Shown: piece after piece, positions 13,255 to 25,242 of the stretch
Numbering within the stretch: the first letter of the stretch is position 1
How the letters are laid out: each line of letters opens with the position of its first letter
Source of the DNA: Antedon mediterranea
Taxonomy: Eukaryota; Animalia; Echinodermata
Direction of reading: 5' to 3'
Assembly: GCF_964355755.1 (NCBI RefSeq)
Contig: NC_092675.1
Location: 30,600,912 to 30,664,911 of the forward strand
DNA: 64,000 bases
The notes under the pieces: model-generated
What the model was told of the DNA's origin: nothing
Seen by the model: only the letters and a program-made list of their open reading frames with translations
The model's database searches: none
Program-made: the position numbers and the translations under genes

Positions 13255-16200
13255 ATGGAGTTGCAGGCTGTAATACTGGCAGCCGGCCGAGGTTCTAGGA
13301 TGACAGACTTAACATCATGCTTACCAAAGCCTTTGATACCAATAGCAAATAAACCTATGATATGGTATCCAATAAATATGCTGGAAAAGGCAGGATTTGA
13401 TGGTGAATGTAACTTATTTGTATTTGTCAATAATAATAATAATATCCTGGATTTATATAGCGCCTAATGTTGTGAAACCTCTAAGCGCTGAACATAAACT
13501 AATATGATAAAAATAACAAACATTAATTATCATCACAATTTGTTTGTCATTCACCTTATAAATAATGATGTAGCCACAAGAATTAAAATTGTTTGCAAGA
13601 AAAGGGAACAATCTCTGTTCAAGCTACTGGGTTGTCAAAAGCCTCTGTGAAAAGTGGTCAGGTTGAAACCTTACCAACCATACTGGATACCATTTTTCTT
13701 TTAGCATGTTAATACTTTTTTCAGAATATCTTTATAAATATTCATTGTAGTAGTGAAAGAGTAAATGATATTCTGACTATTGAAAAACACATACAAAACA
13801 AACACAACAAATACACTAAGTAAGTTGACCTACTATGCTCAGTTAAAAAACTAATGATGATTAATACAATCGCATTGTGATTTTTCGTAACAGAGGTGAT
13901 TATAGTAACACTGGACAGTACCAAAAGCACGATATTAAGAGCATTGAAATCTGCACAAATACAAATCAAAATGGACTTTGTAACCGTGTCGGGAGAAGAC
14001 GATCTTGGAACGGCGGATTCTCTCAGGATTCTTAATGAACAACGCAAAATAAAAGTATTCTTTTTTTTCATTTTATATTCAGCAAATTGATACTATCTAG
14101 TGGCTTTTACCATATTGATACTATCTAGTGGCTTTTACCATATTTGAGTCTATCATGTATAACACAACTTGTTAATATTAACCAAGATACTACAATTTAG
14201 ATGTTTTATGTGAAATAAATGATATAGTATTCTTCATTTTATTGTTATTTTACTGATACCACTTTTTAGACATTTTGTATATTTAAACTCTTTTACTGTT
14301 ATTTCTCAATGTACATATTTTACATTTATATAAGTTTCTGTATTCTTACCACTACAGAATGACGTGCTTATTGTAAGCTGTGACCTGATAACTGATGTAG
14401 CTCTTCATAAACTTGCTGATGTTCATAGGACGTACGATGCCACGGTTACCGCTCTTATGATGTCACTTCCTGAACAAACTGCCGAGTCTGTCACAACAGT
14501 ACCAGGAACAAAATCAAAAAGAAAGCTAGGTAAAGAAGATTATTATTCAAGGTGTAGCGGCGCTCACTGGCTAAACCCAAGGACCTCAGAGCTCAAGGGG
14601 CCCCAGAGCATAAAAATTCCAATGCAACTACCCAATGTTGAAGGGGCCTTTGCCCACTGTCATACACCATTATCAATTGTGGCTGAATACCTACTTTAAA
14701 TAAGAGATTACAGTATACCACCTATTAAGGTAACACCTTCAGGGCCCAACATACAGTAGTCCCCCCTTAATACTATCCCCTGAATATGAGTTGGCCATGG
14801 TACTAAAACATATTGTCCCCTTGTTCATTTCACAAACAAATTTCAAATAGTGGTGTCAAGTGTGAAAACTGTATAATTGCCCTTTTTTTTGGTTTTTTTT
14901 TATGATGTTTACCTTGATTTAGTTGGCATGTATACTATTTTGTTGCATTTACAGAATCACGGGATTTAGTTGGCCTAGACGAGAAAGGACAACGTGTGTT
15001 ATTTATGGCTGCCGAGGCCGACATGGAAGACTTTCTGATGCTAAGAAAATCAATTCTTGAAAAGTAAGTTGATTATTCTTTCATATTGAGTTGATTTTGA
15101 TAAAATAACTTCTGTGTTAATTATATTTTATTATAGAAAGGAAAATATAGCAGAACTAGATCATGTAAACATCTTGTTAGATTGCAAGCCGTCTAGATAA
15201 AATAGCAGTTCACATTTCATGATGATCATGTAAATGATGATTATTCAAATTTATTATAAATCTACCAAATTAAATGTTTATTGACCAATGTAATTTGATA
15301 TAACCAGACATTTGGTAAGATGCAAATAATGGAAGGTTCCTAACCAACACCTAAGGCAGTACAGATGTTGTTTGTTTTTTTACAGACATCCTTTTATTAG
15401 AGTTGGAACTAATTTACTAGATGCTCACATGTATATATTCAAAAAATGGGTCATTGATTATTTATGTGAACATAGGTGAGTGTACTATTGTAAAGTATTA
15501 ATACAATACTGTTTCAACAGTCAAAAACCAAACATTTAATTCAATTTTGGAGTTGAATTTACTTTACTTTTCCCGTAGCCATTTAAAGGGTGTTGGAGCA
15601 TCATAAATGATTTAACAACTCTCCTCCATGTAGCCCTGTCCTCCGCCATCCTCAGTGTCTTATTGTGAGTCTTAAGTTTGGTCCTAAGACACTGAAGGAG
15701 TTGAATAATGTTTGCATAAATTAAATACATTGTAATTATTTTAACAGACATATTTCATCTGTCAAAGGGGAATTGATTCCAAGTCTTGTAAAAAAACAGT
15801 TTATTAAGAAGCAACCTAAAGATGTTATTAGTGAAGGCACTATTATGGAAGAAACAAACAATAAAAGTAAGATTATTGAATGTCATTGTCATTAACTGTT
15901 AACTTGTTATTTCATTCTAAGTTGCTTCGTAAGCTCTGTCTAAGTTTATGTGACAAAAAAATGTGATGTGCCCAAATATGGACAAGATGATGTCATATCA
16001 CTACCATATTTGGGCATATCACTACCATATTTGAGCACATCACATTTTTTTTTCAAACTAGTTTGATAGTGTAGACAGGACTTTATAAGAAATGAAATCA
16101 ACTCTTTCGCTATAATATTTGATTATGCTAAGATTTGATATATTTGATAGACAATGGTGGTAATCCAAGTGAAGATGATTTAAAGGTTAAAACGATAGAA

Positions 16201-18108
16201 ATGTCATCATGGAACGAGGGAGGAATAACAAAAGATAGCAAAGCCAGTGTGGATGCCATCAAATGCCATGCATTCATTATGGATACTGGTTTCTGCTCAA
16301 GAGCCAACTCACTTGCAGCGTATTGTGATGTTAATAGACAGGTAAGTGGATGGAAGGCCGACAATTGATGGAACATCTTCTAACTTTACAAGTGTAAATA
16401 AAATCCTGTGATGTTATAGATGGTTAAATAGAGGGAGGCTGAAAGCTGATGGAACAGCTAATTTCACAATGTATCTTATTAGTGCAGTACTGTTTATACT
16501 CAGTGAACAATTTCTGAAATTGTAATTGTTACTGAGGTTCAGAAATAAAAATCTCCAAACTTAGTATTGAAAATCAACTCTTTTGCAATAATGTAATAAT
16601 GTTCTTAATTTGTTTGCTAGATTCTTCAAAGTAAATATACATTAGATGAAGATTTTATTCATTCAACCGCCAAAGTAAAAGCAAAAACACAGGTAAATTG
16701 GTCATTTATACTGTATTATTTTGTTTAATATACAGCAGTACATTGCAGTTCAGTTCAGCTTCCATATCCAGCCTTTTAAGGCTATTGAAAAAGTGTCGAC
16801 TTAAATATATTGACTGAGACAGGTGTATAGGTATTCAAATAATGAATTATTGTTATTATTGTATTTTATTGTCATGCATGTTTCATTTGTATGTTCATTC
16901 TGTTTGTTGTGACTGTCTATGCTGTTTTTTAAATGACCCCATTGGAATTAAGTTGATTTTTCTTTCGACTTTGGTTTCTTGTATTTGCTTGTAAATTGTT
17001 TGTGTTCATATTGTCTTGTAATCTTGTTGAAACCGAATAAAATCAAATCAAATAAAAAAAAACTTTTTTCTGTACATGAGAATTGCGTTGGCTTACCACA
17101 AGTTCTGTTGTCATGTGACATCTTACATAAATCATCTGGGTTTACATCCTCAAACGCTAGTCAAAACATGCTTTAGTGTCTAATCCACTGGCTAGTACCA
17201 AATGTCTTTAAAAAAATATCTTACAATGATAGGTTGGTCAAGATTCAATGGTTGGTGAGGAAAGCGTAATTGGTGAAAAGGTGTCTGTCAAGAGGTCAGT
17301 AATAGGTCAACATTGTAACATTGGGGATAAGGTGAAGATAGCTAACTCTATCATTATGGATCATGTCACTATCAAAGAAGGGTAAGTACAAGCTATTCAG
17401 TATTTAAATCATAAAGATACATATTACATTTTTTACAGTGTGAACGTACAGGAAAATGATTTTGGTGAAATGTTAATGCCAACAGTCTAGTCACATGCCT
17501 TGTCTACAGTATCAATCTTTATGTGACAAAAAAATGTGATGTGCCCATATATGGACATGATGATGTCATATCACTACCATATTTGGGCACATAACACTTT
17601 TTTTGTCAAACTAGTTTGATAGTGCAGACAGAGCTTTACACACTCCTTAATATATTGTTGTTTCATATCATTTTGTTGCTAGTTGTGTCATACATGGCAG
17701 CGTCATTTGTGGAAATGCCAGCCTAAGTGAGCAGGTTGAACTTAAAGATTGCCTCGTTGGAAGCAAACAAACATTACCAGAAAAGGGTAAGCTCTTAATA
17801 ATAATAAAAATAATATCCTGGATTTATATAGCTCCTAGCGCTGAACATTATTACCCCAGTCATTTTTTTTATGGAAACATACTCCCATAATGCAGCTAGT
17901 AATCAGAGCAAAGTTGTGTCTTGCGACGAGAGTTGGATTCGAACCTTCACAAGTTCTTGCAATTACAGAATGCAAAAGCATCATACTTATTATTTATACT
18001 TTATTTATATATTTAAGTTATTGTTTGAATTATAATATGTCTTTTTTTTCTATAGCAAAGTTCAGCAATGAAATTGTTATTGACAATGACTACATGATGG
18101 AAATATGA
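13255..18108 (+). CDS. EIF2B3: Translation initiation factor eIF2B subunit gamma, 11 coding exons, ~455 aa
   Basis: Exons 13255-13402, 13894-14054, 14358-14529, 14955-15063, 15386-15475, 15748-15866, 16151-16341 (alternative acceptor 16133 possible), 16621-16692, 17233-17381, 17683-17786, 18056-18108. Motifs: [64 protein letters not shown], hexapeptide LbH repeats. Ends MMEI*. Confidence 0.95.
15570..15690 (-). mobile_element. 3' fragment of an RTE-clade LINE
   Basis: The minus strand encodes [14 protein letters not shown], matching the A-x-DR-x-x-WR motif at the end of RTE ORF2. Confidence 0.5.
15932..16082. mobile_element. MITE family A copy
   Basis: agctctgtct...gtttgatagtgtagacag, same internal sequence as 7052-7233. 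Confidence 0.85.
17497..17635. mobile_element. MITE family A copy
   Basis: tgtctacagtatcaa...tttgatagtgcagacagagct. Confidence 0.85.
17797..17970 (-). mobile_element. tRNA-derived SINE remnant with L2-type tail
   Basis: Reverse-strand B box (ggattcgaacc on +). The tail aatatcctggatttatatagc is shared with a fragment at 13435-13495. Confidence 0.55.
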
Positions 18109-18172
18109 GGATTATCAGCCTACACAGAGTGTATACCACTAAACAGGATCCATGCTGTGGATAACTCAAAAT

Positions 18173-18362
18173 CAGGCCTTGTCTTTTAAGGCGAGCAAGT
18201 ACGATCACTCACCTAACACACTCCTAAACTGTCCTTGAGGAGTGCGATTTACAACACGCTTAAATTTGGTAAACTTCTACACACCAAAATACAAACAGCA
18301 CACCCTGAATGTATTGAGCAGTGCAATTTGTAGCACACCTATAATTTTTAAGACAAGGCCTG
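18173..18362. mobile_element. MITE-like element with 13-bp TIR in or near the EIF2B3 3' UTR
   Basis: caggccttgtctt ... aagacaaggcctg. Confidence 0.55.
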
Positions 18363-18691
18363 CAACATGACACATCTAACAGCTTTATGTGTTAGCTACA
18401 AATTAGCTACTAATTTTGTCATGAAAGAACAAAGCAAGGATTTTTAAGCAAGAACCTTAATTTTAAGACCACTAAGCGTGTGTATTAAGAGCTATATAAG
18501 ACTATCATTATTATTAAGCTACAGTGGCCTTAAGATTTTGCAATATCATCCAAAACATGTTTATTGGCCAGGATAATGCAATGGAGATGCTAATGAATAC
18601 CACAGTGTAAATAAAGGACATACACAAGTAACAAGTAGCTCTTTTGAATCATTTCACTTCTAAGATCCTAATTACTGAGTTCTCATACAGA

Positions 18692-18803
18692 CAGCCTGTA
18701 GGCCATGTTCAGCCTGTAGGCCATGTTCAGCCTGTAGGACATGTTCAGCCTGTAGGACATGTTCAGCCTGTAGGACATGTTCAGCCTGTAGGACATGTTC
18801 AGC
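18692..18803. repeat. 18-bp tandem repeat, ~6 copies
   Basis: Unit cagcctgtagg(a/c)catgtt. Confidence 0.95.
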
Positions 18804-19625
18804 ATTTTTAATTTATAATGTTACTGTTGAGAACCCTGTACTAATCAATCCAACATTAAAGGTTGTCAACGTATTGCATTGAATAGCAGGTCTGTCACAT
18901 TTGTTACATAATTGGAATATAGTAAAGTAACAGTATGTTTTTTATTACCTTTGTACACTCAACTTGGCTACATTACATTGTCTGAGCTACTTTGGCGTAT
19001 TTCGGCCATTTTTTTAAAAAGTCCCTGTACTATTTCGACCTTTTTATTTGTTGACATAAATGGTTACTAAAGGTCTATAAGATGATAATAAAGCAATATA
19101 TGAACATATATAGCAATATTATTGCATAATAATAGTATTTTAAAAAGTGCATATTTTGGCCATTTTATAAAAAATCTCTGAACTATAGTACAGAGATTTT
19201 TTCGGAAAATGGCCAAATTTCGACCTTTTTATTTGTTGACATAAATGGTTACTAAAGGTCTATAAGATGATAATAAAGCAATATATGAACATATATAGCA
19301 ATATTATTGCATAATAGTATTTTTAAAAGTTCGCTATTTTTTGAAAAATGGGCAAATTTTGACCTTTTTATTAGTAAAGTGAATATTTTTGTCATTTTTT
19401 GATATATCATCACAAAATTCAGTCAACAATTAGTCCTTCTTGTCATTGTCAATAGTAATATTACATGAATATCATTAACCTTTCATGACGTCGCGTAGTT
19501 ATTGTACAAATAAACTAAATCGTTGAACACAAACAATCATTTATAATAAACTCAAACAACACACCTTGTTGAAATCCTAAATCAATTCGCTATAAAATAT
19601 CAAATATATTTCATTGTTTAATTTT

Positions 19626-21331
19626 TCAATTGTCTTTATCAGCGTAAAACCACCGCCACCATGCAACCTTCATTCTATCCCATAATGCAGTAGGTGAATC
19701 TAACGCAGGCCTGACGTCAAGCAATGAGAAATGTCCACTATCGGGATCTACGTGGCCACTATCGTAATAGTCTATAACATAACGTACATGCTTTCCACAC
19801 CGGTCTACGATCCAATCGTGTCTATCAAAAGGCCTTTCATATCTATAACAGAAAACATTGAAATATAATAAGTCTGCTATTAACTTTTAGTTCATAATAA
19901 GATTAAGCATAAAACTCTGTCTACACTATCAAACTAGACAAAAAAGAATGATGTGCCCAAATATGGTAGTGATATGCCTAACCATGGTAGTGATATGACA
20001 TCATCATGTCCATATATGGGCAGATCACATTTTTTTGTCACATACACAAAAAAACGTACCCCATCCACATACGTATCCTTGCTCTAGGTGATAGTTCATT
20101 ATATTTACCGCCAAACTTTACCAATTTAGGGTTACCGCATTCCCTGCAAAATAAAGTTGCAATGATGATTGTAAATTCATGATTAGATAAAACAAAAGCA
20201 AGAATAAAAAGAGAAATTAAAGGAATGACAGATTAAATTAAAAATAAATATTGAGCTATTAGGAGACAATAATTAGGACCAACAGTGTTCATTGACCTCG
20301 TTCATTTCACAGTGTCCCCTTAATAGAGGTGTCCCCTGAATATTGGTTGACTGCAGTGTTAAAACTTGTTCATAACACAATGTCCCCAATGCGCCTTGAG
20401 CACTCTGGAGTGGTATGTGCGCTATAAAAATCTTATTATTATTATTATTAATAGGAGTTGACTGCAGTGTTCAAACATATATTTCCCCTTGTTCATAACA
20501 CAGTGTCCCCTTAATAGAGGTGTCTGAAATGAGTGGTTTTATTGTATATTAATCATAACCTCCTTGGCGGCAGAGGTAATAAGCGTACTTAGCATGCAGT
20601 GCTTCCCATTTAAGCACCTCTAGCCACGCCTGCTCATTGTTATAGTTGTGTATTTGGATGATCCGTGCCATGTCTTCCTGAAGGATATCTTCTTCCTTCC
20701 ACCTCCAGCCTTTCCTAAGCATCGCATTCCAAAACATCTGTTGTGATGGATATTCCCATGTTTCATCTGAACCTGCTTTTGGTATTGTTGAACGTTGCCG
20801 CTTTGTATCTAGAAGAAATGGTTGATCTGGGGCAGGTCTTTGATTTGGGGGTGGCATCTAAAGTAAGTAACATACAAAGTAAAGTTTTGTAAAAAAGTTG
20901 GTTGCAATGTATAATAAATTATTTGGAGGTAAATCTGAAACTTGTATTGTAATGATTTAGCCTAAAATGATCATTATGTACAGTAGTAACATACAGTAAA
21001 TAAAAATCAATGAATTACAATTTTAGTTTTTAAAGTTAGTTGATAATAACACTTCACTTACTCTGTTTCTTAAATCAATATCACTATCTTGCTGTGTTAC
21101 TAGTGTGGTTTTTGATTGGCTACTCATAGGACATTCGCTAACATACGTGGCTTGATCATTTTGGTGCATTGGACATTCTGAGGGTGGGCTAGTTTGGGTT
21201 CTTTTATCTGAGGATTCATCATTATGCATTGGACAACCCGTAGGTGCTGGTGACCCCTGAGTAGGTCCTGATGACCCCTGGGTATGGTTGATTACTCCGG
21301 ATGGAGCTTGTATCGACTCTCCTGCCCCCAT
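19626..21331 (-). CDS. HCCS: Holocytochrome c-type synthase (cytochrome c heme lyase), 4 coding exons, ~279 aa
   Basis: Exons 21331-21062, 20857-20589, 20143-20060 and 19842-19626 join in frame. Motifs: [62 protein letters not shown]. An acceptor at 21337-21338 implies an upstream non-coding exon. Confidence 0.96.
19913..20043. mobile_element. MITE family A copy (truncated) filling most of an HCCS intron
   Basis: ctctgtctacactatcaaactag...ttttttgtcacat. Confidence 0.8.
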
Positions 21332-22465
21332 GGATTCTAAAAAGAAAGAAATATTATTAATATTAGGATAATCATATTAGGCATGTGTACAAATTTGCAT
21401 ATGTGTGAAAAAAACATAAATTGTGTTCTTTTTGTAATTTATCACAATTTAAATTATCAATATGGTTATAAATATCTGTATGCATCAATATAGGCCAATT
21501 TAGGCCTAGGTTTTTATTATTATTAATATTATTATAATTTAAAAATACTTTACAATTAGGACATTGTTTCAAATTCTAGCTTAAGTAGCCGGCTATCTAT
21601 GGCCTAGCTACCCTAAATTGTTAGGCCTTTTAATAGTACTGTAGCTAGCTAGCCTAGTAGGTGGCCTGCCTCTCAGTCTCTACTATCTAGGCCTAGTAGC
21701 AAAGGCCTACTCTAGCCAGATTCCCCTCTTTTAGTTAGGTCTAGGCTAGGCCTAGCTAGGAGCAGGGCCAGCTAGGCCTAGCTAGGCCTAGCTAGGCTAG
21801 CCCAGCAGCAGTTGAGTAGAGTGAGTGGTTTGGTACAACGCCCACCAGAACCAGACATGCAGTGGGCCTATCATATCTATCTAATAATTAAAACAATGGA
21901 AAATGAGAAACATACAGTTTAAAAGTATGTAATGTTGCTATTTAATCACAACTTACTTTTTACTAGCTAGGCCTAGGCCTACAAACGAACCACGTTGTGT
22001 CTGACTACTACCAACCAACTATCTTCCACGGATTTTCTTGTTCGACATCGAGTGATGTGATTGGCTGAAGCTTATACTTATGTAATTCGCTACGCTTGAA
22101 TGAATAGCATATCAACAGAAAATATTTCGTTGTTTTTTGTAATGCCCTTGATAATTAATCATAGAAAAACTTGTTTTTATCATATTTTACATGCTTATTG
22201 TTTTCTTTCAATCTGTTATAAATAAATAGTGTTTATTTGGTGTTATTTTAGCAGAAACACCGCTAAGGATAAACTGAACCAAATTAATTTTTTCTGTAAA
22301 TAGTCTTGCTTTTATCTTGCATTTGAAATAGGAACATTAAAAAAAATGCTGGAATTATTGTTTAAATCGCAAACTCATTCAATGCAATATCAATGTGTTC
22401 ATAATATTGTCTCTCTTCTTGCAAACTATCATCCACAGAAACTATTCCAAATACAGATTTCTTCT

Positions 22466-22568
22466 GGGTAGGGGTTCACCATCAGTCAATATCAAATACA
22501 AAGGGTAGGGGTTCACCATCAGTCAATATCAAATACAAAGGGTAGGGGTTCACCATCAGTCAATATCA
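22466..22568. repeat. 37-bp tandem repeat, ~3 copies
   Basis: Unit gggtaggggttcaccatcagtcaatatcaaatacaaa. Confidence 0.9.
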
Positions 22569-22585
22569 GGGAATTTTCTCCTTAA

Positions 22586-22697
22586 AGCTTGGTTCTCACT
22601 AGAACGCATCGCAAGGATGTAAGTGCAACGTAAGCGAGTTGAACGATCACTCTCTTGCGTTGCGTCTACGTCCTTGCATTCTATTGGAACCAAGCAT
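22586..22697. mobile_element. Palindromic MITE (Harbinger-like)
   Basis: gcttggttctcactagaacgca ... tgcattctattggaaccaagc, and the internal arms are also self-complementary. Confidence 0.6.
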
Positions 22698-24383
22698 TAT
22701 AGTCATGTTCCAAAGGAGAGGTTCTATTGTATGGAGCGGCAAAATGTTTTAGCGAAATCTGTTAAAAGGCGCAGCATAAAGGCACACAAACACAATCATG
22801 CTGGTATGCCTGCTAGTATGCCTGCTGCCTTAATACAATCATGCTGGTATGCCTGCTGCCTTAATACAATCATGCTGTATTATGCCTGCTGCCTTAATAC
22901 AATCATGCTGTATTATGCCTGCTTCCTTAATACTAAAATACAAAAGCAGACAATACAATTTGAGTTCTCTATTTTACAAATTCAAACTTTTTAATAATCT
23001 TCATTTGTTGTAATTCCACACTGGTTTGTATAAGGATTTGATGATGTAGCTAGATGTGTATGAAATATACCACAAAATTCAGAATGTTTACAAATCACTG
23101 ATCCAACCAAGAATTCAATAAATGTTTTTATACCTAGAAATACACAATAAATAAAACATCAAGGTCTTCAATATGTGATATTATATAAAATGTACAAATC
23201 CACAGTACAAAAAGACTGAAAAAGACTCCAAACTATCTGGGTACAACACTTATCATTGTCGTTAAATAATCCAATAAAAAAAATGGTTGATCTTTCACGT
23301 ATTGTAAAATGTATTTCAAAGCTCTACTTATTGCTCTGATTATCACCTAGCAACACACCATATGACTGGCTCTGTTTTATATCCACTACAAGGTTGACAA
23401 AATATGATATTTATTTTAAACCCCAGAGTGAAAATAGTGAAATGATTACATTGATACCAGCATTGTGGTAGCACCGTTCAAAATATGATGCCGACATTAG
23501 GAGTAAATAAATGACAACACACAAATATCAATGTTCAAAAGCCAGGTACGTATAAATGCTATTGCTTAGATGTCTTCACTTTTAGTAACAGAAATTGCGT
23601 GAACAAAATAACTTTTATGACTTGCATTGAGTTATTATTAGGCTCTAATAAATGTATCCAGAAAAAGCAAAAAGCAAAAGTTATTTAAAAACTGTCAATT
23701 CATATACAGTAAAAACTCCCTTTTTTCAGTCCTAAAATTTCACTCTTTTAATACAATTCCAACTATCTTGCATTTATTTATTTTCGCGATTTTAATGTAT
23801 AATATAAGAAACATGTACAGTATCTAGCGTCAAGCAAATGGCAAAGGTATTCTAAGCAGGTTTCTGATTAAAATAACATTGTTGAGAATTGTGCAGGCAC
23901 ATAAACTTTGCCATAATAATAACAAGAAATAAGGGTACAGTACACTACCTGGCTTTTGAAAATATGTTTTGACTTATTACACATCATACTATTAAAAGAA
24001 TTAAATGCAGTAGACTATAAGAAGCATTCTGACTATACGCATTCTGACTATACGCATTCTGACTATACGCATGCTCATCTTATACAAGACACCTTTTTAT
24101 CTTCCATATTATCTTTCATACTATGGTCTTTTTAGACATGCAATTCTGTTTCAAACAAAGTCTTTAACTAAAATCTAAGAGAAAACGTGCAAATTGAACG
24201 TTCTGGTTAATAAATATAACACTATTTATAACATCTTTTAACATGTATGTAAGCAATAATATATAGTAATATCTAACACATGATAAAATGAAAACAAAGA
24301 ACTTTTTAAATAAAATTGTAAATAAATGGTAAATATTTAAAGTAACAAAACTACAAATATGATAATAGTAAACATACAGATAT

Positions 24384-24391
24384 TAAGGCAC
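24384..24391 (-). promoter_or_regulatory. miR-124 8mer seed site (GUGCCUUA) in the PTBP 3' UTR
   Basis: The plus strand reads taaggcac, ~850 nt downstream of the PTBP stop. UTR extent is inferred. Confidence 0.55.
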
Positions 24392-25192
24392 CATGCAATT
24401 GGGTTGGCCCCCACTGCCAAGATTACATCATTATATTCTTCTTGACCAAAAAAAAAAAAAAACAACCTGGTTATAATATTTATCAAAGTTGCTGGAAAGC
24501 CAGCTGTTTGTTGCAACTAGTACCAAAATATATAGTCAAGCCTCAAATACTTATACTTTATATAAAGAAAGATAAAATCCCACATACATAATAAAAAAAA
24601 GGAAAGATTAATGCAAGATAAGGGTAGTTATATTATATACTTTATCCTAAATTATTATCAGGGTCTATTAATAAAAAAACATACCTTTTACAAATACTTT
24701 GTTCAAACTGTTGATAATGGTTAAATTAAAGTCTAAGATTTGTCTAAAACATTATGTACCAACTAAAGGGTAACAAACACCATCAACAAGGTACTGTTTT
24801 AAAACAAATAACCTGTAAACAATAGGGTGACAATATCTATATTTAGATTAGATATCTACAATTATAAGTTTAAATATAGTATATTTAATTTAAATATAAC
24901 AAATTACAAATAAATATAACATGTTATTTTATTTAAATATACATATACTTAAACATATCCTATATACATATGCAAGATCGCAACACAACTGGATTTCTAT
25001 AGAAAATATGCGTACACATACATGAGTGTAAACTATTTAAAAGATTTTATCGACACACAGGTCTATAATTTCAAAAATAAATAAATATGGAAAAAGTGTT
25101 TTGAAAACATGTGGGATAAATTTAAATATTAAAATAAAAATTACAAATTATGATTCTCGTTTTATGGGTTAAACATGAGCAGTAGCTATCAG

Positions 25193-25199
25193 TTGGTCC
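25193..25199 (-). promoter_or_regulatory. miR-133 7mer seed site (GGACCAA) in the PTBP 3' UTR
   Basis: The plus strand reads ttggtcc, ~45 nt after the stop codon. Confidence 0.4.
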
Positions 25200-25242
25200 A
25201 TCATATAAAACATCAGAGACAGACGAAAAGAGGATGAAAGAA

